DNA of 64,000 nucleotides, taken from Octopus sinensis. Its lineage: Eukaryota. Both the position numbers and the translations under genes were made by a program. The notes beneath the pieces were generated by a model. It did not search any database and was not told where the DNA came from. It was given only the letters and a program-made list of their open reading frames with translations. Shown here in pieces: positions 12,661-24,812 of the stretch. How positions within the stretch are numbered: the stretch's first letter is position 1; each line of letters starts with the position of its first letter. The stretch covers positions 18,227,360-18,291,359 of the forward strand of contig NC_043019.1 in assembly GCF_006345805.1 (NCBI RefSeq), given 5' to 3'.

Positions 12661-13449
12661 GCTGAATAAAAATCCGTCACATGCAATTGAAGCATCATCA
12701 TCATCGTTTAACTTCTGCTTTCCATGCTGGGCATGGGTTGGACGGTTTGACTGAGAACTGGTGAACCAGATGGTTGCACCAGGCTCCAATCTGATCTGGC
12801 AGAGTTTCTACAGCTGGATGCACTTCCTAATGCCAACCACTCCAAGAGTGTAGTGGGTGCTTTTTATTTATTCACATCATTTAAAATTAATTCTGCATCA
12901 ACTTGTAGCTTCAAGATTTCAATGACACGATATTATTTTTGGAATGACATTGTGAGAGCCCAGTGGTAGCCAGTGTGAACATAAAAATAGGTAGAATATT
13001 TGGGCCGGACATGGCCTGGTTAAATGCTAAAGAGTTGGCAGAAACATTAGTGTTTCAGATAAAATGCTTCATAGCATTTGCTTCTGGCTCTTTACATTCT
13101 AAAATGGCCATCTCAGCACCAAACTTTTATACACCATAATTTAATGGCAGTTTTCCATGCTAGCACAAGTTGGACACACACACACACATTTTGTTCTGGT
13201 CATTTGCTATGCTGGGGCATCAGTCAAGCAAAGTGACCCCAGTACTTATTTTCTTGGCCATTTGCCAAACAACCAACTTACAAGGAAATAAACAAACCAA
13301 CATCAGATTGTGAATCAGCAGAGGACAAAGTCACATGTGTGTGTGTTTTTCTATTCTAGTCTCTGCATACCAAATTCACTCACAAAGCATTAGTTGGCCC
13401 AATGCTATTTCACAAATTAAAAAATTCATTTGGTCATCACTGAGACTAA

Positions 13450-13860
13450 GGATTCTGACATCATCACCAGCAAGATAAAACACAAAAACATTGGGGAAAT
13501 GATTTTTAAGAAGAAAACCAAAATAATTGCTCAGACAAATGACCAGACAGAGAGAAGGGAATCTTGAAAAGTTTCATACAACACCAATAAAACAACCAGT
13601 CATCAGCTTTTCAATTTCACAAAACTTCGATGAAGAGCAAGCATGGCAGAATTGTTAGCCTGGTCATTTGCAAGGACAACTTGCTGACCTGTACTGGGTT
13701 ATCACTAATTACTTTAGGTGCCTTTGCAATTGTGACAAACAAGGCCCAGTCCTTGTGTGGTGACTTGTGGGCTCTCAATTGCCCCCAAGAGCCAACAGAG
13801 GACAAGCTCTTGGTAGTGCCACAGATGCTGGACAGGTCAAAAGAACAGTAATTATGCACC
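13450..13860 (+). mobile_element. R4/Dong-like LINE C-terminal remnant
   Basis: ITLGAFAIV...KLLVVPQML resembles the VIGALG...LLGTA.IL end of REL-endonuclease LINEs; heavily decayed. Confidence 0.35.
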
Positions 13861-14341
13861 ACCTCTTCCCAGGGGTAAAAATAGGTTTGCATAATGGCCA
13901 ATACACATAACTAGAAACAACAAAAAGCAAATTCCCAGATACATTGATGACAATTCAAAACCACCAAGACCTGGGAGAGGAAAAAATAGCTGAGAATCAA
14001 GAAGTGGAGAAAAGTCATTGATGTCCAACACTCCATAGGGAACAAAGAGGAATGTAGTTGTGATGAGAGACTTTGTCGGTGCTGCCACCCTTGAACATTG
14101 GCAATGGGACAGTTGGAAGAAGAGCGGTTACATCAGCAAGTGGATGGTAGCCGTTTGCAGTTGAGTAAACTGGAGCAACAGGACATGAAATTATGAGGCT
14201 CGCTTGGTACCAAAAATGTTTGCCAGGGTCAGTATTTGAACCCATGAGCTTATGATTGAGCCAAACATCCTAACCAGTTGGCCATCCACCTACAAGTGAA
14301 GTTGAACAAATCACTAACAAACATTATATATATGATAGAGC

Positions 14342-14344
<3 letters not shown>

Positions 14345-14374
<30 letters not shown>

Positions 14375-14398
14375 GTAAGAGAGAGAGAGAGAGAGAGA
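14345..14398. repeat. (AG)n microsatellite
   Basis: Direct reading; interrupted. Confidence 0.9.
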
Positions 14399-15049
14399 AT
14401 GTGTGAATACATGAATATGTTACGTAAGGCTGTAAATTGGTAGAACTGTTAGTCAGGCGGAATTACAATAATTCCAGATTTGGAACGACCAGGCAACGGG
14501 GGAAAACTTTTACATCTAATTGATAAGATGAAGTTTTGTTAAAAATAGATTTTTTTTTTTTTTTAATTTTAAAAACAAAGGCAGGCAATTTGTAGAGTGA
14601 AGAAATTGTGTTAGTTATAGAATTTTCATGAGTACATACAAATACACCACAAGAAACCCATCAGGGATCTGTTCACAAAATTTACACATCATTCTAATAT
14701 TCACTCGTCCATGGGTCAGACAATTTGAGGGAGTTTTCATACAGTTGGATGCCTCGCCCAATTCCAAGTCGGTCAATATTTTACCATCTTCAAACATGAA
14801 CTGTACAATTGGTTGGACAATTTTAAGGAAAGATTGCAAACAAACACTGCTCTTATGACAGTGGCATTTGTTTATGACCATCATAGGATGTCACTGGAAT
14901 TTCGTTATAGTCAACAACAGGGAATTGAAACTTAGAAGTACTTTCAGCAACCAACATAATTAGGGTTAGTAACAAGAAGAGCATCTGGCCATTGAAAATC
15001 TTTCATAATTCCATCTGACCAATGCAGACGTTAAAATGAAGATCTGTAT

Positions 15050-16200
15050 TTGGTCATCATCTGGTCAAGCTTGCCATTCATCTCAGTCCAGTATTAAAAG
15101 GGGAGGTCTTTAAGGAAGCATCCAGTGTCTCAGGTGAATTGATCTCCATACACTGTGTTCAGAAGACCTGCTTGAATACAATCCATAGCAGTAGTTCAGC
15201 AGCCAGGTCTTGTTTCTTGTTTCTCAACCCCTATCCTGACGGAAGCAGGCAGAAGATCTCCAAACAGCTGTTTCTAGGTGGGATAAGTTCTCCAAACTAT
15301 GTCTAAGACATTTGGGTCTTTGGAAATTGCCTAGGCTGTTCCATACAAAAGGACCGTGTTGCATGGAAAAAAATCTTACACTTTAGGTTGTTGATTTCCA
15401 GACAATATCTAGTTTGTTTAGGGCCAACCAGGCATTGCTGCTGAAATACGTAATTCGCTCCTACTCTACAAGATACAATCAGTAATTGAGAAAATTTTGA
15501 GAAGGAATCAAAATGGCTTCAATAAAAAAACAGATCAACTATTGGACAAATATTTAGTGTTCATTGTTTACTGGAAAAAGGAAAAGTTAGAAATCTTGAA
15601 GCAGTTTGTTGATTTCTGAAAGGCTTTTCACTGTCCACCATGGCAAAATGGGAGGAATACTTTTGGCCAAGGGTATGCCTCAGAAAATAACACCACCAAA
15701 TCAATGGTGAGGTCGTCAGAGATACAAGTTTGACCTCAAAGACACGGTACTCCAGGAGGAAACACTGACACACCTTTTTGAGATCAATCAGAATTATGTC
15801 CTCAGAACACTCGCGAAAAGACCTCCAATATCTGATTGGCCAGCAGGACCATTGGATTTAAAAGTCGAGAGGCAGCCATTGGATATGGTTGAAAAAGAAT
15901 AGAAAGGCAGGCCTGCATCCCTCCATAATTTGAATAATGCTGATGATCTTGAGATGAAGGACAATCACTATTAATCACTTGTTCCAGTAAGAAGGTGCTC
16001 TGTGAAACAATCAAGAGGAGGCTCTTGAAATAGAGTGTATCCTCAGCTGGTGACCCCTGAAACCCAGGAACATCTGGCAGCACTTTTAGAAAGAAGCTGC
16101 TTACAAGTCTGTTTCAGTTATGTTTCAGATAACCCCAAAGACTTCCTAGAAGAAATACCTGGTCTACAAACTGATATCCTTCAAAATGTTACTGAAAGAG
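15050..16200 (+). mobile_element. RTE-clade LINE reverse-transcriptase remnant
   Basis: IEKILRRNQNGF, FVDF*KAF, frameshifted GVLQGDTL and ADDL motifs. Confidence 0.7.
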
Positions 16201-16425
16201 CAAAAATTTCAAATTGAATTGGCAAGAAACTTTGGTTAAAAAACCAGTTTCCCAGATTTTATATTTCATGACTGCTGCCCCAACAACTCCCAACCTCCCC
16301 ACACAACTGATAAATTATAATAACTACTCGTTGCATATATAACACAATTTGCAATTTTAGTGGTTTAATTAGTTGTATAAGAATATAAAACTTAATTGGT
16401 TCACAAATGGAAGTCCTTAATTAGA

Positions 16426-16990
16426 TTTATTAATGCATATCTGCACCCATAACTATGTCTGCCTTTAATTAGGGAAGCTACTTCAAAACCCCATTATGAC
16501 ACATGTCACTGAATTTTTGGAAGGTCAATAATTGTAGGTGTGTTGGTGGTTTAGTGGACAAGGGCAAATGGTTTGGATAAATTTGGATTTGATTTATGAT
16601 CATGTACAATATTTAGACACTGTACCAATCAAACTCACTGTAGGACTAAATAGATACACCAATGATAAAGTTAGAGAAATAATTTGTAAGAGGTATTTCT
16701 TGTTACTAACGAACAAGTGAAGCCATCAAGTGGTCCCTCAATGTACAAGAAATCACAGCTTACTGCCTTAAGAATGCTACCATATATTTATAACATTCAT
16801 TTTGATTTTTTATTCTTCAGACATTGGATAGAGGTGAACACCTTTGATCACAGATTTTTACCTGGGAATAATAAAAAAAATAAATAAAATAAAATAAACC
16901 GTATGATAATCATGTTGAATTGCATCAGCCGATCTAAACTAAAATTTTAGAAGGGTTAAAAAGTTTTGCAAAAAAGAATGTACATTTATT
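16426..16990 (-). promoter_or_regulatory. Candidate NASP polyadenylation signals (AATAAA on the minus strand at 16985-16990, 16809-16814, 16426-16431)
   Basis: TTTATT on the + strand downstream of the exon 16 stop; which site is used cannot be told from sequence. Confidence 0.4.
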
Positions 16991-17213
16991 ATCTAAAGAA
17001 TCATTTTAAAAAATCCTGCAAGAAAATGGGTTTGTTGGATTGTAATGACAAAGACATGATTGTGAATTGGGATCTCACTTTTGAAATTGTTTCAGAAGGG
17101 GTTGGGGAAAAAATGTGTTGTGTAAAAAGGAGAGATACTGTCTGACATGACAAGAGTCAATGTTCTTGCCCCTTGGGAAGGAAGAATAATAAAATACAAG
17201 AGATGAGGATTCA

Positions 17214-17273
17214 CTAAGCTGTAGAAGATGTACTAGTGGCTCCAGGCTTCTTTGACTCTTCTGTAGCAGGTTC
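17214..17273 (-). CDS. NASP: NASP terminal coding exon 16 (EPATEESKKPGATSTSSTA*)
   Basis: Long pyrimidine tract then CTTTAAG acceptor, phase 0, TAG at 17214-17216; the end resembles vertebrate GATVESTAC; followed by repeat-poor, AT-rich UTR-like sequence. Confidence 0.75.
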   Translation of the reverse strand, partial: EPATEESKKPGATSTSSTA

Positions 17274-19904
17274 CTTAAAGAGAGAGAAAAAAAAAGGAAA
17301 AAATTTATGCAATAAAACAAAGAAATAGTAAGGTTTCACTATATTTGGAATTTACTGTATTTCATGGCATCAAAGATGCATTCCAATTTCATTATATTCA
17401 AGAAAAAAAAAAAAGTTTTTTGTGCATTAAAGCTCACGGGATGTCTGACCCTGCATACTGGAGGAGCTGGGGGTGATATTTTGAGGCATTATTTTGGGGG
17501 AGAAAGTGCAGCATATTTGGTATGGAATATGGTGATAGATGAAGAGACTTATTATAATGAAGCTTTGTTTTTGTTGTTTTAAAAGCAGACTGACCTAAAG
17601 ATTGGGTGATAGTTGTTGCTTAGCAACAATCCGCACAATTTTATTTTTTTTATCATCTACAAAAACAGTGTTGAATGTCTTTTGTTTTTAAAAAGGTCGT
17701 TGCACGAGGGAGATCTGGTTGATGTTCTTTGTTGGTCTGTAGGTGATTATGGACACCAGTTGATCGTTACTCAGGTCCTTAATGACCAATTCATTAAATT
17801 GCCTGCCGTTGGTTGGTTTTATTCCGGTCACTGCTTTCCCTTATTACTGTTGCTGTAGCAGGAGGACGGTGGTTTGCTTGCTTTTTTTGTGCCTCAAATG
17901 ATTTACAGTAATTGAAAGGGACCTGAAGGTTGTTTTACTGCTGTTGTAGAAATGAATTCAAAGCCACAGTCTTCAACAATGCAAATAACAAATGTTAAAA
18001 CTCAAATTGCTATGTGCACAGGGAACAGCAAGAATCAGAACATTTGACTCCCAGATTCCTTCTGAATACATCCCGCCAAATCCAAACATAATTCAAGAAC
18101 TTCTTTCAGATAAATGTGTGGCAAGAGGCTTGCTTCACAACCACAGGGTTCTAAGTTCAGTCCCACACATGGCATCTTGAAAAAGGTGTCTTCTACAGCC
18201 TTGGGTCAATCAAAGCCTTGTGAGTAGATTTGGCAGATGGAAACTGAAAGAAGCCTGCTATGTGTCTGATCAGTGCTTGAGAACCAGTGTTGGTGCGTTT
18301 GTGTTCCTATAGCTCAGTTTGGCAAAACAGACCGAAACAATAAGTACCAGGATGAAAAATAAATAAGTCCTGGGGTCAATTCACTTCAAGATGGTGTCCC
18401 AGTGTGGCCACAACCTAAGGAGTAAAACAAGTAGAAGATAATAGCCACACTTCATTCATTCCTGTTTGGGTCTGTCAGAATTCTGCAGAGTCTGAAGAAA
18501 GAATATGCAAGTCACTGTAAAGTGATTCTCACAAAACGTCCATTGTGGAAGACATTCACAAGATAATAGTTGAAATGTCGTAGAGAAGAGATTCTATGAA
18601 GACCAGTGCCAGAGAGCAGCAGGAATTACATGACCAGAGCACAGAGTCATTTCTAACAACTCACATCAATATCAAAAGGTCTTCATTGAAGGAACTCTAA
18701 GGAATGAGATGTAAAATGGTGAACCTTGTCTTGAACAGTACAGTGATTGTTTTAATAGAATACCAGATGACAGGAAGACTGCAGTATTGATTATGCAAGC
18801 CATTAGATCGGTACCCTAATGGCTGTTAGTGGACATTGTTAGAGAGATTAGAGTTTTAAAAAAAAATACACAGGTAAAATAAAAGTTGTTAAAAAGAAAC
18901 TGAAGTTAATTGTGAGGTGAGTTATGGTGGTTAAACAAAGCAAAACATTTGTTCTAAGAATTTAGAAAGTTTGAGCAACACGGAAGAAAGCATTTTTGAC
19001 AATGGAACTTGAAGTGACAAAGCTATAACTAACAGTATGCAGAATTTCTGGTAAGAAAAACTATTCATAGGGAGAAGAGAAGGGCTGCTTGCAAGAGCCA
19101 AAGCCAAGTCTTCTGTAAAGCATGACAGATGTTCTAACATTGTTTAGAGGATGAGCCTTCAATATTTTCCATCCACAGGTTTGTTCAACCCAATATCTAC
19201 TTCAAGTTCCATTATTAAAAGTGATTCAACAAAATTTGTTTCAGTGTTTCCATTAAAAATCCAACGTGATTGGTGTGGGGTGGGGTCGGGAGGAGACACA
19301 GAACGCATTTCCAATATTTGAGAATTATGACTGCAATTTGGTGCTTAAGTTTCAAATACTTTATTTTAGACTAAACCACCACAAAATTCAATAATTAATG
19401 CAAAAAGAGAGATAGGGTGCATGGAGAAAATGGTTTTAATTAGAAGGGGTTAAAACATTTAAGAATATACTGAAAGCTAAGGATAAAGTCTATTTTAGTA
19501 ATGGCACCCACACACACACTTGTAATCTAGTTATGAGGACCAGCACTCGACTGAAGATGAAGATACAGACATTTGGGTGCCATGACCAACAGACCAAAGC
19601 AGAGTGCCAGAAAAGTAAGCCCCACCGCCATTACAAAACTAGGAAGAGGAGATGAGTGAATGGAAAATAGGGGAAAAAAAAAAAAAAAAAAAACTATGAA
19701 GCCACTGCACAACATAACACACCAGATATACTCCAACACCAGAGATGAGTATGAAAAAGATGTAGGGAGGTGAAAAGAAAAAAATGAAAATGGTCAAAAT
19801 AAAGAAAAGCTGGCATTGGATATAAAAATATAAAAGCAAAAGCTACAGCAATGACGACAACAACAACAACATCAATAAGAGGTTTGTCTCAAGTTGGTCT
19901 CTAC

Positions 19905-20039
19905 CTTATTGCTTGGGGCAAGGTCACTGTTGGAATCTTTCTGTTCAGCTTTTGATGATGATGACGACGATGTGTTATCAACCGAACTTTCAGTTTTCTG
20001 TTTTTTGTCCTCTGAGCTCTCTTCTGTTTCTGGTTTTCG
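19905..20039 (-). CDS. NASP: NASP coding exon 15 (RKPETEESSEDKKQKTE...APSNK)
   Basis: Acceptor GTTGGCAG completes RRK|RKP (bipartite NLS-like). Donor AAG|GTAGAG at 19904; reading through the donor instead reaches TGA at 19872. Confidence 0.85.
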
Positions 20040-20899
20040 CTGCCAACAGAGCAAGCCAGATGTTAAGGTAACCCAGCTAAGCTAACTAAAGAAACACCAA
20101 CTAACTTAGCAGAAAGGAAAAAAAAAAAGGGGGGGGGAGATAAGTAGTCTGGAGGATGTGGTTCGATGCAAAGAGGGGACAGGTTTGTATTTTATTAGGA
20201 GAGAAAGAAAGAGTAAACTTTGCAACCAGATGCCTAGCCCTTTGGACAAATAACCATTTAATTGAGAAAAGTGGTTTGCAATACAAAATTCTATCAGTCA
20301 AGAAGTGGGGTACACTGATCAAGGGACAAGACAAAGCAACAGAATAACCTCACAACTATTGGCTCTTATTAATAAATTGTTATACTTAAAATTAAAAAAA
20401 ACTGCCCTGCTAAGTCTGGAGAAATAATGTAAGTCGACAGACCTGAGATATCATTCTGAGACAAAAACCATCCATGTGCCGTTGCATGCAGCAAATACCA
20501 AAGGCTCTGCGACTGGTGAGGAAGTCCCACCGTACAGTGCTACCCGGTTCAAAATAGTTACATTTCCCTCAAATCACACCCTACAGGTTAAAAGTAAAAG
20601 AAGTGTGGAAATAAGGATAGACTAAAAAATATAGAAAAGTCACAACTGGAAAAGCTGCCATCATGAACCTCCTCAAACAAACCATTTTAAGTGGGAAAAA
20701 AAAAAAAAAAAAATTCCTGGGATTTGAGGAAGGAAAAGGGGATACGACAAAACTAAAATAGCAGTATAAACTATCCTCAAGTCATGACCTCCCCATCAAC
20801 ACACAATCCATATTATAATCACAACTGTTCAATGACTCTACCTCCAGTATTTGAGTACTATTTCTTCCCCACCTTGTTTCGCAATTATGTGCTTACTCT

Positions 20900-20901
<2 letters not shown>

Positions 20902-20969
<68 letters not shown>
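20902..20969. repeat. (TA)n microsatellite
   Basis: Direct reading. Confidence 0.95.
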
Positions 20970-20978
<9 letters not shown>

Positions 20979-21769
20979 CAACTGACCTACAAATCTTCTG
21001 ATCAAACTATCAGAAATGTAAACCCCCCCCCCCCAATCATTACACAATAGTTTAAGATTTGGTTTGAATTAGATGTAAGTAAATCTTGGTTTATAAAATT
21101 AACCTTTTTGTTAAATTAGTATATTTTTTACTTAAGAATTTAGGAAAATAACTTGCAATTTATTTGGCAGAAAAATGTAAATTTTTTTTTTTTGAAAAAC
21201 ACCATGAAAATTTCATCACTTTAAAAGTAGCAAATTTTGAGAAATAAGGGGCAATTGATATATCATTTGGTATTTCAATCCAACCACGCAATTGAAACAA
21301 ATAGAAGCAAGAGTCCCTATAATGGAAATTCTTATTAGATGCAAAAGAGGAGGAGGAGGAGGAGGGGGTAATAAATTCTCAGCGGTGGTGCCCCAGCATG
21401 GCCGCGGCTTTCGGGCTAAAACATTTTTAAGGATTTAAGGGTCGCAGTATTTGACTGATACCGATTTAACAACCCCACAGAGGTGAAGGTTGACTTAGGC
21501 AAAATTTAATATTCGGAACCTAGACAAAAAGATGGAAATAAAAAGCACAAGACATTTTACTTTGATCATCCCTACCAATTCTGACATTTACCTGTTTCTT
21601 TAATAGAAACATTTTTACTAATAATATTAATAACACTGAACCTGTTAGCCAACAACAAAATCTGTCCATAATATGGTTAGGAAGGTTTGATAATTAAATA
21701 TGAAACAGTTGAGTATTAATTAACACCAAAAAGAAAAGAAAAGCAACAAAAGGAAACCAACCAACTTAC

Positions 21770-21811
21770 CTTTCTTCGTACAAGGTGAGATATATCTGTC
21801 GTTTTCACAGG
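21770..21811 (-). CDS. NASP: NASP coding exon 14 (PVKTTDISHLVRRK), start of the NLS region
   Basis: Acceptor ATTTGCAG, donor AAG|GTAAGT; 42 nt; conserved DISHLVR(K/R)K motif. Confidence 0.95.
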
Positions 21812-21946
21812 CTGCAAATAAAAAAAACAAATTTTAGTTTAGAGATAATATTTTACATAGAAAAGCCATGAAAATAAAACAGATTTTTTCCCCTTTCTAC
21901 CTACACATAAAATTGACTTTTTTTTCTTTTCCAACCTGAAACTTAC

Positions 21947-22108
21947 CTGTGAAGAAGATTTGGGGTCTACAGGGAGGATACTGCTGAAGCCTGTTGTGCT
22001 CCCTAAAACGTCTCCACCAGCACCACCACTGCTGCCGCCGCTGCTGCTGCTGCTGCTGGGACCAGCAAAACCTGAAGAGCTACCAGCACCCATCAGAGAA
22101 GAAGACAT
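21947..22108 (-). CDS. NASP: NASP coding exon 13, Gly/Ser-rich linker (MSSSLMGAGSSSGFAGP...KSSSQ)
   Basis: Acceptor TAATACAG, donor CAG|GTAAGT; 162 nt; corresponds to the SSTSGFTPGGGGSS region of vertebrate NASP. Confidence 0.88.
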
Positions 22109-23019
22109 CTGTATTAAAAAATAGAGTTAGAAAGTTTATATAAATTCCAAGATATGGTGGAAAGAAAATGCTTAACCCTTTGAAATACACTGCTTTTTTT
22201 TTTGTTTAATTCTGTAAATAATGAGGAATTTAGTAAAATAACTTAAGCTGGTGTTTGGACAATTTAACATGAAAGGTTGATGGAAGGTTTGAAATTAATG
22301 TAAAAAAGAAAAAAAGAAAAAAAAAAAAAAAGTAAAGATTGTTTTGATACTAAAACCATAGAAAACGGCCACTGCTTCTTTGAAACAACGTGGCCAATAT
22401 TTGAATGGATTTTATAACAGCAACTACTAACATACCAGATTAGGTTTCCTGTTTATTTCATATTGCCCGTGTCTGTGGAACATATTTCTTTTGCAGTTTC
22501 TATTTCCATAACCTGTAGCATTATCCAGTATGTGATGAGTGCAAGCAGAGCCGGTCCTTATATGCAACCCTTTTGATACCCACAAACTCCTGTTACTATG
22601 ATACAAACTTACTTTAAAACTTCCTATTTATGTTGCAAACACTGAACATTGATGCTATTTTATTAAATTCTTCACCATTCTCAAAATTTATTGAAACAAA
22701 ATGGCAGTGTATTCCAAAAATTTGGTAAGAAAAGGGTTCATATCAAAACTTGTTAAAGTAGTAAAACAAAGATTACAGAGGATAGAATACTGTGAATTGT
22801 CCACTCGGCGGCCAAACTGGGAGCAGTTTGGTCATTTAGGGCAACAGAGGAACCAATAGAGTCAAGAGTCAAACAACTCGAGCCTGTTACATCAGGATTG
22901 TATTTATTCCTTAAGAATACTTTACTCAGAAGACTTTGGCTAGATTTCACTTCAGGCTCTTAAAAATATTGCAAAGTATTAACTATGCTACACCACACTA
23001 GAATCACAAACATAGTTAC

Positions 23020-23097
23020 CATTTTTTCTGCAGCCTCTTTTTTAGCAAAAGCCTTCAAATCTGCAACCGTTTTCTTTTCTTCAATTGTATCTGTAAT
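23020..23097 (-). CDS. NASP: NASP coding exon 12 (ITDTIEEKKTVADLKAFAKKEAAEKM)
   Basis: Acceptor TTGTTTAG, donor GTAACT; 78 nt, phase 0 to 0. Confidence 0.88.
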
Positions 23098-23847
23098 CTA
23101 AACAACAAAAATATCTCAATGTATGTACGATGAGTACACATGTAAACAATACTGTATCAGTATTATTCGTTTAAAAATAATCCACCATCCACATGTGTTA
23201 ACACTTTCAGAACTTTAAAATGTACAAATGTTTAAGTGAATACCCAACAAATTTTTTTATGGAACTGTTACGTAAGACATGACACCTTCACAAAAGGGCT
23301 TCATTGCAAAGAACACGATACAAAATAACTGAATTTGATTGAAAAGTCCAATAAATATCTTGAAGTTTATCAAGAGAAGGATAAAATAACACACACGTAT
23401 ATGATATATATGGCAGGCTTCTTTCAGTTTCTGTTCACTAAATCCAATCAGGTTTTGGTTTGCTTGGGGCTAAATTGTATGCCACTTGCCCAAGGTGCCA
23501 CACAGTGGGTCTGACCCAAAAGCCAAAAGTAGTTGCCATGGGATCTAAAAATTGAAAAAGGGAGTTTAATCCATTGGCTGGTTTAACCATCACCGACTTA
23601 AGTACAAAATGTGACAAGCTGATGGGTCAGGGGTCGTCTAGACTAGAAAAGGTTCCTTCCTTCAACCACTAGGGACTGAAAAATAAACCTCAAAAAGCAT
23701 TTGACTACTTGTTGCCAAAGAACATCAATATTCTTGGATTTTTGGACTTACATTAGGTTTCAACTCACTACCTTACCTCTTCAAATATAAATTCCACTTA
23801 CTACTGACCTGACCTGGCCTAACACACACACACACACAAATCCGTAC

Positions 23848-23930
23848 CTTTTGTGTGATATCTGGGACTATTTCTTCTAATTCTTTGATTTCTGTCCGAG
23901 CATTGTATACGGTTTCAACATCTGCAGTTT
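23848..23930 (-). CDS. NASP: NASP coding exon 11 (ETADVETVYNARTEIKELEEIVPDITQK), coiled coil
   Basis: Acceptor TTATTCAG, donor AAG|GTACGG; 83 nt; matches KEIEELKELLPEIREK. Confidence 0.92.
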
Positions 23931-24770
23931 CTGAATAAATAAAAGTAAAAAAAAATTTTCAGTTAAAAACCAATTGTTTGATGAACAGAAGACTTGTTGG
24001 TTTATTTGGCTGACACGACTGAGACAGAACTTTGATACCAGAAGAGTAACAAGATTACCAAGTCCATTAAAACACTATAAAGTTAACATTGTTTAACCCA
24101 TGGTCAATTCTGAAATATTTTTTTGATGAAAGCTTTTCAAGGCAAAAGCATTTTGTTTTTTAAAAAAAGAGAGTGTATCTATGAAGTTACTCAAAGCAGT
24201 CCTTTTTGAAGGTGTTATTTGAGGAAGATGTTTAGCTATTACTTTTAGCAAGCAATGAAATCACAGACACTCTTAATTTGGCACAAGACTAGCAATTTTG
24301 AAGGGAGAAGTCAGCCAGTTACATTGGCCACAGCAGCACTGGATCAGTGACTGCAGAGAGATGAAACACCACAAAGCATTTATTCTGATGCTCTACCGAT
24401 TCTGTAGACATGTAGAATGAGACAATAGAATGGACATTACATGTGATGGGAGATACTGGGGGATATGGGGGTAGAAGTGTTGGTTTTATTGACCCAGTAT
24501 TTTACTGGTACTTAACTGAATTTATTTAAGTTCTCCATTTCCATCACTTCATTACATTTCAGATGAGATACAAATTAACAAAGCACAGTCTGTACCATTT
24601 CCACAGAAATTATTCTTTATAGGCACTTGGTAAGGTAGAATAAAGTGTTCTGCTTATACACTACAGTAACCAGTCAAGCATCTCATTCCTCCAGACATAC
24701 AGAGTTGGAAATCACAAAAGGAAACAACAACAACAACAACTAATGTAACTCAGCGAAAACAATGACTTAC

Positions 24771-24812
24771 CTGTGCTGTCTTTTAAATGTTCTATAGATT
24801 TATTTAATTTAT
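24771..24812 (-). CDS. NASP: NASP coding exon 10 (DKLNKSIEHLKDST)
   Basis: Acceptor GTTTCCAG, donor GTAAGT; 42 nt, phase 1 to 1, keeps the frame. Confidence 0.85.

Noticed and set aside
17600-17900. Unique-looking block with an open minus frame AQKKQANHRPPATATVIRESSDRNKTNQRQAI*
   Set aside because: Weak acceptor (ATCATTTGAG) and no similarity to NASP; not supportable as an exon without transcripts.
20040-20072. TACCTTAAC branch-like motif before NASP exon 15, suggesting a second U12 intron
   Set aside because: The donor of this intron is GTAAGT (U2 type), and the motif also fits an ordinary U2 branch point.
20784-21050. ORFs with YIYIYI runs (also 52660-52979)
   Set aside because: Translations of (TA)n microsatellites.
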